A stretch of DNA of 40,917 nucleotides from Candidatus Nomurabacteria bacterium (lineage in GTDB: Bacteria > Patescibacteriota > Minisyncoccia > Phycocordibacterales > SBAW01), in NCBI GenBank assembly GCA_943355135.1, contig CALREG010000001.1:1-40917 (forward strand), read 5' to 3'. Both the position numbers and the translations under genes were made by a program. Below, in pieces: positions 1-8,528 of the stretch (position 1 is the first letter of the stretch; every line of letters starts with the position of its first letter). Below the pieces are notes generated by a model that was given only the letters and a program-made list of their open reading frames with translations, searched no databases and was not told where the DNA came from.

Positions 1-342
1 CGGCTCGCCGAGCTTGGGACTGCGGTAGAAAGTTTATTAAAGAAGTGGAAGCCCGACTGCATCGCGATCGAAAACTTATATTTTGAAAATAACGCCAAAA
101 CGGCGATGAATGTGTCGGCAGTACGCGGCATGCTGCTGTATATCGCCGCCTCGCATGATCTGCCAGCACATGAATACACGCCTCTGCAAATAAAGGTTGC
201 AGTGACCGGTTATGGGCGCGGCAGCAAGGCAGACATCGCGCTCATGGTGCCCAAATTAGTGGCTGTTTCCTCTCGTAAAAGGCTTGACGACGAGCTCGAT
301 GCTATTGCGGTGGGGATTACGTGCCTTGCATCAGTACGATAA
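1..342 (+). CDS. ruvC: Holliday junction resolvase RuvC, 5'-truncated by the window edge
   Basis: Frame 1 is open from base 1 (RLAELGTAVESLLKKWKPDCIAIENLYFENNAKTAMNVSAVRG...). The IENLYF and DDELDAIAVGI segments match the RuvC acidic catalytic regions. TAA at 340-342. Confidence 0.85.
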   Translation, partial: RLAELGTAVESLLKKWKPDCIAIENLYFENNAKTAMNVSAVRGMLLYIAASHDLPAHEYTPLQIKVAVTGYGRGSKADIALMVPKLVAVSSRKRLDDELDAIAVGITCLASVR

Positions 343-404
343 CTTGCTATAACTCTTTGTGTTAGATAGTTTGCTAAACAATTAAACGTTAATTAGTGAC
401 GCGT

Positions 405-557
405 ATGCACGATGAGTTTGCTCCGGACTTTCTCTCCGAAGAATTTCTGATGAGCAGTGTTCCTGAAGAAGAGGAAGAAGAAGTAAGTGGAGAGGAAGAA
501 GAGGTTGAGGACGAAGACGAGGTCGTCGACCCCACTCTCACCGAAGAAGAGGAGTAG
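405..557 (+). CDS. Hypothetical hyper-acidic 50-aa protein
   Basis: ATG at 405 and TAG at 555-557; below the ORF-track size cutoff. Translation is MHDEFAPDFLSEEFLMSSVPEEEEEEVSGEEEEVEDEDEVVDPTLTEEEE, with 25 of 50 residues D/E and no K/R. A strong hairpin terminator follows immediately. Confidence 0.35.
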   Translation: MHDEFAPDFLSEEFLMSSVPEEEEEEVSGEEEEVEDEDEVVDPTLTEEEE

Positions 558-586
558 AAAAAACCCCGCCTCGCGCGGGGTTTTTA
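557..586. terminator. Bidirectional rho-independent terminator
   Basis: Stem CCCCGC (564-569) and GCGGGG (575-580), flanked by an A-run (557-563) and a T-run (581-585). It lies between the convergent ORF 405-557 and tyrS. Confidence 0.7.
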
Positions 587-1759
587 TTTTGTGTCTATTT
601 GTATAAACCGGTGCTTCCCTATCCGAATAGTGCCTGACTCAACTTCCTCTTCTATACTGGTTATTTTTTTGCCACCAACAATTGAAACCGCGCCTTGCTC
701 AACCAATCGGCGCAACTCACTTGTTGAAATATCTTTTACCACATCGCGCAGTTTTCCTGCTGCAGCGGTCGGCGCATCAGCAGGCACTCCTCCCTCGCTA
801 AAAGTATTGGTCCAGTCATCCTGCGCTTTTTTTGCTGCATCTTTGTTGTGGTACATGCTGACTATCTCGCGGGCCAAATGCATCTTGGCTTCCTTAGGGT
901 GTCCACTCAGTATTTTATGAATCTCTTCGCCCGACACATCGGTCAGCACTTCCAAGTATGTTTTGACCAACTCATCTTTGATAGACATGAGTTTGCCAAA
1001 CATCTCCGACGGAGCATCATCGAGATACACCGCGTTGTCGTACGTCTTACTCATTTTGCGACCGTCAGTACCCTCGATGAGTTTGGTTGTCAGCACAAAC
1101 TTGTCGCGCTTGTTGAATGCTTGCTGCAGGTGGCGCCCCGCAAGAATATTAAATTCTTGATCAGAGCCGCCGAGCTCGCAGTCGACATCGAGCATGACCG
1201 AATCGTAGCCGACCATCAGCGGATAAAGAAACTCATGGAGCGAAATCGGCTTCTGCTCCTGTATGCGCTTCTCAAACATATCGCGCTGGAGCATTTGTTG
1301 GACTGTAAACTTGCTCGCCAGCTGTACTATCCCCTCAAACTTCAGGCTCTCGAGCCACTCGTGGTTGTAGCGGATAGTTACTTTTGAGAAGTCGAGAATT
1401 TTTTGCGCTTGTCGTTTGTAGTCTTTGAAGTTCTCTTCAATCTGCGCGCGGGTCAAAGGTTCGCGCATTGCATCGCGACCGGTCGGGTCGCCTATCATCG
1501 CGGTAAAGCTCCCTACCAAAAAAATAACTTCGTGTCCGAGATCGCTGAAGGCTTTGAGCTTGCGCAGCGGCACCGAATGTCCCAGATGTAGTTTGGAGCC
1601 GGTCGGGTCTATACCGAGGTAGACGCGCAAGCGCTCGCCTGAGCGTAGCTTTTTGAGCCCCAGCTCGCGCGGCAAGACATTCTCCACTCCCCGATGCAGG
1701 AGTGCGTGTATCGCCGCTTCGTCAGTCCTTACGGCCACTACTCGGCTAAAAAATCCCAT
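584..1759 (-). CDS. tyrS: Tyrosyl-tRNA synthetase
   Basis: Class I HIGH motif (HLGH) and KMSKT motif, with a C-terminal S4-like domain; 391 aa. A -10-like TAGAGT (rc of 1767-1772) lies 7 nt upstream of the ATG. Confidence 0.95.
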   Translation of the reverse strand: MGFFSRVVAVRTDEAAIHALLHRGVENVLPRELGLKKLRSGERLRVYLGIDPTGSKLHLGHSVPLRKLKAFSDLGHEVIFLVGSFTAMIGDPTGRDAMREPLTRAQIEENFKDYKRQAQKILDFSKVTIRYNHEWLESLKFEGIVQLASKFTVQQMLQRDMFEKRIQEQKPISLHEFLYPLMVGYDSVMLDVDCELGGSDQEFNILAGRHLQQAFNKRDKFVLTTKLIEGTDGRKMSKTYDNAVYLDDAPSEMFGKLMSIKDELVKTYLEVLTDVSGEEIHKILSGHPKEAKMHLAREIVSMYHNKDAAKKAQDDWTNTFSEGGVPADAPTAAAGKLRDVVKDISTSELRRLVEQGAVSIVGGKKITSIEEEVESGTIRIGKHRFIQIDTK

Positions 1760-1804
1760 ACAAAGAACTCTAGCATACCGCTGTAGGGGTGGTAGAATGC
1801 CCCC

Positions 1805-4072
1805 ATGCAGCCCTTGCGCCGCCTAAAGCGGCTCTTCCACCCCTTGTTTACTCAGGGAGACAAAATATTCGTAGATTCCATCCGCTACACGCATCGGCAT
1901 TGGCGAGTGCTCTTTATGTGGGGTATAAGCGCAGGGCTCGTGCTCGGTGGCGGCGGGCTCTTGTGGGCGGCCACACTCGAGTTGCCCGACCTACACTCGC
2001 TAGAGACCCGCAAGACTGAGCAGTCGGTCAAGATATACGACCGCACCGGAGAAGTCTTGCTCTATGACCTCCATAAAAACATGCAGCGCACCGTAGTACC
2101 GCTGGACTCCATCTCCCCTTTTATAAAGCAGGCCATAGTCGCGATAGAAGACCCTGAGTTTTATACCCATAAAGGGGTCAAGCCGACTGCTATCATGCGC
2201 GCAATCTTTACTAACGCGACGCAGGGCGAATTACTTTCTGGTCAAGGCGGTTCCACTATCACCCAACAGGTGGTCAAACTCACGGTTCTTACCACAGACA
2301 AAACAATCACCCGCAAGCTCAAAGAGTGGGTCTTGGCACTCAAAATGGAACGCTCGTTGTCCAAAGAGCAAATTCTTGAACTCTATCTCAACCAAGTACC
2401 CTTCGGCGGACAACTCTACGGTATAGAAGAAGCTTCGATGACCTTCTTTGGCAAACACGCAAGCGACATCACCCTGCCCGAAGCGGCATACTTGGCGGCC
2501 GTATTGCCGGCACCAACACGACTCTCTCCGTACGGCACCCATATAGACCAATTGGAAGTGCGAAAAAAACTAGTGCTTAACAAAATGCTGGAGCATGGCT
2601 ACATCACCGAGACCGAACGCGCTGAAGCACAAAGTGCCTCAGTAACCTTTGTTCCTCCGCGTGACACTTCCATCGCGGCGCCACACTTTGTATTTTATGT
2701 GCGCCAGTATTTGGAAGACAAGTATGGCCAAGACGCGCTCGAGCAGAGCGGCTGGCGCGTCACCACCACGCTCGACGTCGACCTCCAAACGCGCGCTGAA
2801 GAAATTGTGCATCGCCAAGCCCTCGCCAACACCGAAAAATTTAGCGCCACCAACATGGCTATGGTCTCGCTTGATCCAAAGACTGGCCAAATTTTGACCA
2901 TGGTCGGCTCGCGCAACTACTTTGATACTGACATCCCCGGCGCCTACAATGTCACCACTATGAGTCCGGGGCGCCAGCCGGGTTCGTCTTTTAAGCCGTT
3001 CGTGTACGCGCAAGCATTTTCTGAAGGGTACACTCCCGAGACCGTTGTGTTTGATGTACGCACCCAATTTTCCACCAACTGTTCGCCATCAAACATGACC
3101 TCCGACGACGGTTGCTACGCTCCCGGCAACTACGACGACAAATTCCGCGGTCCTATGTCACTACGCGAAGCGTTGGCACAATCAATCAACGTGCCGGCGG
3201 TCAAAGTATTGTATTTAGTGGGTATAAACGACGCGCTCAAAATAGCAAAGTCTATGGGCATCTCTACACTCTCCAACTCGGACCAGTACGGACTGACACT
3301 GGTACTCGGCGGTGGCGAAGTAATTCCACTTGATATGGCGAGTGCCTACGGCGCCTTTGCCGCTGATGGTATGCACTACGACACCACTCCTATTTTGCGT
3401 ATAGAAGACGCTCAAGGAGCGGTCATCGAAGACAATACTGAGCGCAACGGCAACCAAGTGCTCTCTGTGGAAGTTGCTCAAAAAATAAATGATGTCCTTT
3501 CTGATAAAGTGGCCGCCGCTCCACTCGGACTTAATTCCTACCGCGATTTTGGCGGCCAGGAAGTCGCGGTCAAAACTGGTACCACCAACGACTACCGCGA
3601 CGCTTGGATACTCGGTTACACGCCAAATATTGTTACCGCCTTCTGGGCAGGCAACAATGACAACAAAGCAATGGACCACAAGGCCGGCGGACCTATTGTT
3701 GCCCCTGCGTGGAGCGAATTTATGCACTATGCGCTTACCAAAGTTGCATCACAACCTTTCACCCGCATGGAATACTCACCTGCCGCAAAACCTATTTTAA
3801 ACGGTGTGTGGCAGATACCAGGAGCGGACGGTCTCGTGCACGAAATACTCTACTGGGTCAGCAAGACCAACCCGACCGGCCCACAACCCGCAGACCCCTC
3901 AATAGACCCACAATACGAGCGCTGGGATGCCCCTGTACGCACGCAATACGGCGGGTATGGTGTTGCCACACCCCCTCCCTCTGTCATACAGCCTCAGACT
4001 CCACAAATCCAACAGCCACAATATCAAAACCCTTATGGCGGCTCCTTTGTCCCCTACTACCCCGCACAATAA
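1805..4072 (+). CDS. ponA: Class A penicillin-binding protein (transglycosylase/transpeptidase)
   Basis: GT51 motifs EDPEFYTHKGV, GGSTITQQ and RKLKEW. Transpeptidase motifs SSFKP, SIN and KTGTT. N-terminal TM segment and a Q/P-rich C-terminal tail. TGgTAGAAT (1790-1798) lies 6 nt upstream of the ATG. Confidence 0.93.
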   Translation: MQPLRRLKRLFHPLFTQGDKIFVDSIRYTHRHWRVLFMWGISAGLVLGGGGLLWAATLELPDLHSLETRKTEQSVKIYDRTGEVLLYDLHKNMQRTVVPLDSISPFIKQAIVAIEDPEFYTHKGVKPTAIMRAIFTNATQGELLSGQGGSTITQQVVKLTVLTTDKTITRKLKEWVLALKMERSLSKEQILELYLNQVPFGGQLYGIEEASMTFFGKHASDITLPEAAYLAAVLPAPTRLSPYGTHIDQLEVRKKLVLNKMLEHGYITETERAEAQSASVTFVPPRDTSIAAPHFVFYVRQYLEDKYGQDALEQSGWRVTTTLDVDLQTRAEEIVHRQALANTEKFSATNMAMVSLDPKTGQILTMVGSRNYFDTDIPGAYNVTTMSPGRQPGSSFKPFVYAQAFSEGYTPETVVFDVRTQFSTNCSPSNMTSDDGCYAPGNYDDKFRGPMSLREALAQSINVPAVKVLYLVGINDALKIAKSMGISTLSNSDQYGLTLVLGGGEVIPLDMASAYGAFAADGMHYDTTPILRIEDAQGAVIEDNTERNGNQVLSVEVAQKINDVLSDKVAAAPLGLNSYRDFGGQEVAVKTGTTNDYRDAWILGYTPNIVTAFWAGNNDNKAMDHKAGGPIVAPAWSEFMHYALTKVASQPFTRMEYSPAAKPILNGVWQIPGADGLVHEILYWVSKTNPTGPQPADPSIDPQYERWDAPVRTQYGGYGVATPPPSVIQPQTPQIQQPQYQNPYGGSFVPYYPAQ

Positions 4073-4084
4073 AAATTGCTAAGA

Positions 4085-5188
4085 CTAGCGGTTCATTGGC
4101 ATCGCCAAGTATAAAAATGAGTCGTCGCCGGCATCTTTAATAAGCAGCGCTTTGCCGGGGCCGTTGGAGTGCAGGCGTACACTGTCGCCCGCGACCGCCT
4201 GCAGGCTGTCGGCCAAATAACGGCCATTAAAAGACACCGCCACCGAGTCGCCTTGGATTGAGGCCTTAACGGTTGAAATCTGCTCGCCCACGTCCGGATT
4301 GCGCGAAGAAAGAAACATTGATTTTTTAGCGGTATCAAGCGAGAGCGACACTTGAGCAAACTTGTCGGCAAAGATAGAAAGAGATTTTAATGCGCTGGAC
4401 ATATCTTCGCGTAGTACCACCGCTTCGGTAGAAAAAGATTTTGGTAGTATCTGGCGGTAATTTGGGAAGGCTCCGTCGAGTAAGCGGCTAGTGTAATACA
4501 CCCCATCGGTCTGCACCGAAAGTTGATTGTCGTTGTAATACAGCTCCACCTCCGCACTTACAGTGTCGAGTATACGCATCAGTTCAGCAGCATTGCGTGC
4601 AGGTAGCAGGAGTTCTGGCACATTGCCGCCAGCGCGGAGCGGGACTTGTTTCTCCGCAAGGCGGAAGGAGTCGGTCGCAACAGCAGTCAATTTACCCGCA
4701 TCTCCATACAACAAAACACTTTGTAGCTCGGGTTTGATAGCCGAGAGCGATGCGCAGTAAGCAACCGAGCGGATGGCACGCACTAAATCACCACTTTTTA
4801 TTTTGAAAGAGTGTTCGGCTGATACGCGCGGCAAGACCGGAAAATCGTCGTGTGGAAGTGTTTTAATTGATGCGTTGGCGCGTTCGGTTTCAACCTTCAA
4901 CACCTCCCCTACCAAATTGGCTGATACTACTTTGCCGCGGGCATTTCCTAAAAATCCGGCCAACACCGACGCTGGTACCGCAACCGTACCTTCGGTCGCA
5001 ACTTTTGCCGGAATAACAATTTCCACTCCACACTCAACATTGGTCGCGCGTAAAATAAGGCGACTCCCTTCGGCAGTTATGAGAATACAACCCAGTACCG
5101 GTAAATTTGCACGCTTCTCTGCAAACCTTGATGCGGTCGAAGAAGCGTTGAGTAGGGTGTCGAGAGTTGTTTCAAATTTCATACTCAT
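4085..5188 (-). CDS. dnaN: DNA polymerase III beta sliding clamp
   Basis: 367 aa with three-domain clamp length, downstream of dnaA. The start may instead be the second ATG at 5182 (MKFETTLD...). Confidence 0.93.
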   Translation of the reverse strand: MSMKFETTLDTLLNASSTASRFAEKRANLPVLGCILITAEGSRLILRATNVECGVEIVIPAKVATEGTVAVPASVLAGFLGNARGKVVSANLVGEVLKVETERANASIKTLPHDDFPVLPRVSAEHSFKIKSGDLVRAIRSVAYCASLSAIKPELQSVLLYGDAGKLTAVATDSFRLAEKQVPLRAGGNVPELLLPARNAAELMRILDTVSAEVELYYNDNQLSVQTDGVYYTSRLLDGAFPNYRQILPKSFSTEAVVLREDMSSALKSLSIFADKFAQVSLSLDTAKKSMFLSSRNPDVGEQISTVKASIQGDSVAVSFNGRYLADSLQAVAGDSVRLHSNGPGKALLIKDAGDDSFLYLAMPMNR

Positions 5189-5384
5189 TCTCTTTATAAA
5201 ACCTATTACTATTATTAGTGCTGTGGATTAGTGGGATAAGTCCGGTATAGCTTGGTCTGTAATGGTTTTATAGGATTTGTTTGTTCTAACTGCGTGTGTA
5301 CTTTCCTGCGTTGGGGTGTTGATAGTACTTACTTTTGGTTTTTCTATCAACACCTACTCACAACAACTTCATCTGTTATCCACA
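5189..5384. promoter_or_regulatory. dnaA-dnaN spacer with DnaA boxes and an AT-rich tract (candidate oriC segment)
   Basis: Perfect TTATCCACA at 5376-5384. TGTGGATTA at 5222-5230 (rc TAATCCACA, 1 mismatch). TGGGATAA at 5232-5239. AT-rich tract at about 5196-5218. An 11-bp perfect inverted repeat, GGTGTTGATAG (5314-5324) and CTATCAACACC (5343-5353). Confidence 0.45.
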
Positions 5385-6725
5385 TCATTTCAACATGAGG
5401 CGGATCTGGTGAAGTTCGTTGTTTAAGACGCTGTCCTGGCGCAAATCATTTTTAATTTTGTCGCAGGAATGTATGACAGTTGTGTGATCACGGCCACCGA
5501 GCTTCTCTCCTATGGTGGGGAAGGATATCCGGAAGTCTTCGCGTAGGAGAAACATAATAACTTGCCGCGGTCGCACTACTTCTTTGCGGCGAGTCTTCTC
5601 ATAAATACTCCCCTCCTCTACGCCATAGAAGTTGGCAATAATTTTGACCACCTCTTGCACCGACACCGCCTTCTTTTGAGCACTCCCTGCACCACGTAGG
5701 AGCGTCTTGGCGTCGTTTATAGTCAGCGGTTGGCCTCGCATCTCAAACTGGATCATAAGCGTGTTTAAAGCCCCTTCCAGCTCGCGTACGTTGCCCTCAA
5801 TGGTGGTGGCAAGGTACTCCAACACCTCATCTGCCAGAATGAAGTTATGAGCGGCCGCCTTGGTGCGGATAATAGCAAGGCGCGACTGGTGGTCAGGAGG
5901 AGTAACCGACACAATCATGCCGGCATTAAAGCGCGACTTCAGGCGGTCTTCGAGGTTTTGTATGACGTTCGGGTGCTGATCGGAGGAAAAGACAAGCTGT
6001 TTGTTGCCGTCGTGGAGATAGTTGAAGAGATGAAAGAATTCTTCTTTGATTTTGTCGCGTCCGGCCAAAAATTGTACGTCGTCCATGATAAGAAGGTCGT
6101 ACTGGCGGTATTTTTCTTTAAAGCTCTGTACCTTCCCTGCTTGGAGTGAGGACACATAGTCCATAGAAAACTTTTCGGACGTAACATAAAACACTTTGCG
6201 CTCAGGCGCGCTCACGCGAAAGTGGTTGCCTATTGCTTGTATGAGGTGGGTTTTACCCAAACCGGTTGGTCCGTAGACGAGTAGTGGGTTGTACGCGATG
6301 CCTGGCTTGCGGACGACCGCTTGCGCGGCGGCGTGGGCAAGTTCGTTGAAGGGACCAACAACAAATGTAGAAAAGGTAAACCGTGGGTTGAGGTTGCTCT
6401 TTTGATGTACTGCCTCGAGCGGTAGTTCGGTCACTGGTGGGGGCACGGTGCGTACTTCCTCGCTGTTGCGTTTAGGGCCGCGAGATATAACGTACTCGAC
6501 GGTACGTACCGAGTCTGAAAGGGTGCGTAGAGAACGCAAAATATCTTTGTGAAATTTAGTAGAAAGCCAGTCTCGGGCAAATTGGGATGGCACACCGAGC
6601 GCTACGGTGCCATCTTCTACACGGACAATATGGGTGTCGCGGAACCATGTGTTGAAATTGGGCTTGGAGATGGTGAGTTCGAGCTCTACCAGTGCGTTTT
6701 CCCAGAGTTCTTTTGTGGTTGTCAT
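5385..6725 (-). CDS. dnaA: Chromosomal replication initiator DnaA
   Basis: AAA+ Walker A GPTGLGKTHL, Walker B LLIMDDVQF and a C-terminal DnaA-box binding HTH (GGRDHTTVIHSCDKI); 446 aa. Confidence 0.97.
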   Translation of the reverse strand: MTTTKELWENALVELELTISKPNFNTWFRDTHIVRVEDGTVALGVPSQFARDWLSTKFHKDILRSLRTLSDSVRTVEYVISRGPKRNSEEVRTVPPPVTELPLEAVHQKSNLNPRFTFSTFVVGPFNELAHAAAQAVVRKPGIAYNPLLVYGPTGLGKTHLIQAIGNHFRVSAPERKVFYVTSEKFSMDYVSSLQAGKVQSFKEKYRQYDLLIMDDVQFLAGRDKIKEEFFHLFNYLHDGNKQLVFSSDQHPNVIQNLEDRLKSRFNAGMIVSVTPPDHQSRLAIIRTKAAAHNFILADEVLEYLATTIEGNVRELEGALNTLMIQFEMRGQPLTINDAKTLLRGAGSAQKKAVSVQEVVKIIANFYGVEEGSIYEKTRRKEVVRPRQVIMFLLREDFRISFPTIGEKLGGRDHTTVIHSCDKIKNDLRQDSVLNNELHQIRLMLK

Positions 6726-6843
6726 GGAGATAAGGGAATGGAGTCACTGACCAGTGTATGCGAGCACTCGGTAGGAGTCAAAAAAGCCCTTTTTGTGCAC
6801 AAGTTGTGGAGAAACTGGGGATAGAGTATAGTTGACACCGTAT

Positions 6844-6978
6844 ATGTCGCAGACATACCAGCCAAAAAAGCGCAAACGCGCCCGCGCACACGGGTTTTTG
6901 AAGCGTACGTCCACTCCGGGCGGCAAAAAGACCATACTGCGCCGCCGCCGCAAAGGCCGCGCCAAGCTCTCTCGCTAA
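6844..6978 (+). CDS. rpmH: 50S ribosomal protein L34
   Basis: Below the ORF-track cutoff. ATG at 6844 and TAA at 6976-6978. Translation is [44 protein letters not shown] (44 aa), a typical L34. It precedes rnpA as usual. Confidence 0.95.
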   Translation: MSQTYQPKKRKRARAHGFLKRTSTPGGKKTILRRRRKGRAKLSR

Positions 6979-7008
6979 TTGCGGCCGCCCCTGTCGCCTA
7001 CCCCTCTC

Positions 7009-7305
7009 ATGCTTGCTAAAATAGCTAGGCTTACGGCAGCGGAGGTTCGTGAGATACTTAAGAGTGGTCGCTCAGTCCGCTCAGGCACACTCTCGGCCAA
7101 ATATATCCCTGCTACAGGTGCGAAAGCGGCGGTAGTAGTAAGCAGTAAGGTTGCCAAGACCGCGGTTCTGCGTAACAAGTTGCGCCGTGCCGCCTATCTC
7201 ACCCTTCGCTCTACCCTCCCCCATAATCGGCACATTGTCTTCTTTCTGCATAAGCCGCTTGTCGATGAAAAAGAACTAACCCAGCTATGTTTGAAACTTT
7301 CTTAG
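7009..7305 (+). CDS. rnpA: RNase P protein component
   Basis: Follows rpmH and has the basic RNR-type segment LRNKLRRAAY. The ORF-track start at 6979 is TTG; ATG at 7009 (MLAKIARL...) is more plausible. Confidence 0.85.
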   Translation: MLAKIARLTAAEVREILKSGRSVRSGTLSAKYIPATGAKAAVVVSSKVAKTAVLRNKLRRAAYLTLRSTLPHNRHIVFFLHKPLVDEKELTQLCLKLS

Positions 7306-8003
7306 TACAACCTATCTACAACTTGTTTGTTGCGCTTGCCGGCGTGGTGCCGCAAGGCGACGCAGGCCTCGCTATTATTCTACTCACGCTCTTGATGCGT
7401 CTGGTGCTCTATCCGGTCTTTACCGCCTCTATACGCACCCAGATGGGTATGGCCGCCATGCAATCTGACATTGAAATTATTAAAGAGAAACACAAAGGCG
7501 ACAAAGAGGCGCTCGCCCGCGAGCAGATGGCACTCTTTAAAAAGCACAAAGTTAACCCGCTCGCCGGTTTTGGCGCCCTGTTTATCCAGTTGGCAGTCAT
7601 TATTGCCCTGTACTACGCACTCTTTAACGAGGGCTTCCCCGTTATTAAAACAAGCCTGCTCTACTCGTTTGTGCAGGCACCAGAAGCAATATCCACTTCC
7701 TTTTTTGGGCTCATTAATCTTCTTGAGCCGCACCATGTAGTGCTCGCACTTTTGGTTGGCCTTACCCAGTACTTTGCTATCCAGCTTACGCTCAGCCGCA
7801 CCCCCAACCCACACCCACACGGCTCGGATAAGGCCGCGGTAGCCCGTATGCAACAGAATATGATGCTGTACCTTATGCCCTTGGTTATGGCCGTTACCTC
7901 CTACTATTTTGCCGCTGCCGTAGGCCTATATTTCGTTGCCAGCAACGTCTTTTCTCTAGGGCAAGAGTGGATTATCCGCAGGCAGCTCCAAACACAAAAC
8001 TAA
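7287..8003 (+). CDS. yidC: Membrane protein insertase YidC (short form)
   Basis: 238 aa and polytopic, with the conserved segment KHKGDKEALAREQMALFKKHKVNPLAGF...ALY. Overlaps rnpA by 19 nt and has the canonical rnpA-yidC-jag order. Confidence 0.9.
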   Translation: MFETFLVQPIYNLFVALAGVVPQGDAGLAIILLTLLMRLVLYPVFTASIRTQMGMAAMQSDIEIIKEKHKGDKEALAREQMALFKKHKVNPLAGFGALFIQLAVIIALYYALFNEGFPVIKTSLLYSFVQAPEAISTSFFGLINLLEPHHVVLALLVGLTQYFAIQLTLSRTPNPHPHGSDKAAVARMQQNMMLYLMPLVMAVTSYYFAAAVGLYFVASNVFSLGQEWIIRRQLQTQN

Positions 8004-8056
8004 ATCAGCAAAAAGTCCAGTTCTACCAAGACGCGTCTTCCTGTATAGTCTGATAC

Positions 8057-8527
8057 ATGGACGCGCAACTCCTTAAAACCTTTATTACAGACTTCCTGAA
8101 ATTGCTTGATGTTGAGGTGACGGCGCTTGAGGTAAAGACTGGCCACCGCACACTGGTCGTTGTCGAATCGGGCGACTCTGCCCGCCTCATCGGCCCAAAC
8201 GGCGAACATCTGCGCGCTCTTAATATGATTGCGCGTAGAGTTGTGGAGCAGAAGCATGGAGAAGAGGCCGCAAACTTTCTTATAGATGTAAATGCGTATC
8301 ACGAGACTGCGATGGAAAAGGTGCGTCAAAGTGCGCGCATGCTCGCCCAGCGCGCGCGGTTGTTTAAACATGATGTAGAACTTGCGCCCATGAGTGCGTA
8401 CGAGCGCTTGGTCATACACGAGCTCTTTGCCGAAGACCCCGAAATTAAAACCGAGTCCGCAGGCGAAGGAAAGTTCCGCCACATTGTCTTAAAGTACAAA
8501 GACGCAGGGTTTATTGCCCAGAAATAA
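8057..8527 (+). CDS. jag: Jag/KhpB-like RNA-binding protein (KH + R3H domains)
   Basis: Position after yidC and an R3H-type segment (ERLVIHELF). TGtTATAGT (8042-8049) lies 7 nt upstream of the ATG. Confidence 0.85.
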   Translation: MDAQLLKTFITDFLKLLDVEVTALEVKTGHRTLVVVESGDSARLIGPNGEHLRALNMIARRVVEQKHGEEAANFLIDVNAYHETAMEKVRQSARMLAQRARLFKHDVELAPMSAYERLVIHELFAEDPEIKTESAGEGKFRHIVLKYKDAGFIAQK

Positions 8528-8528
8528 T

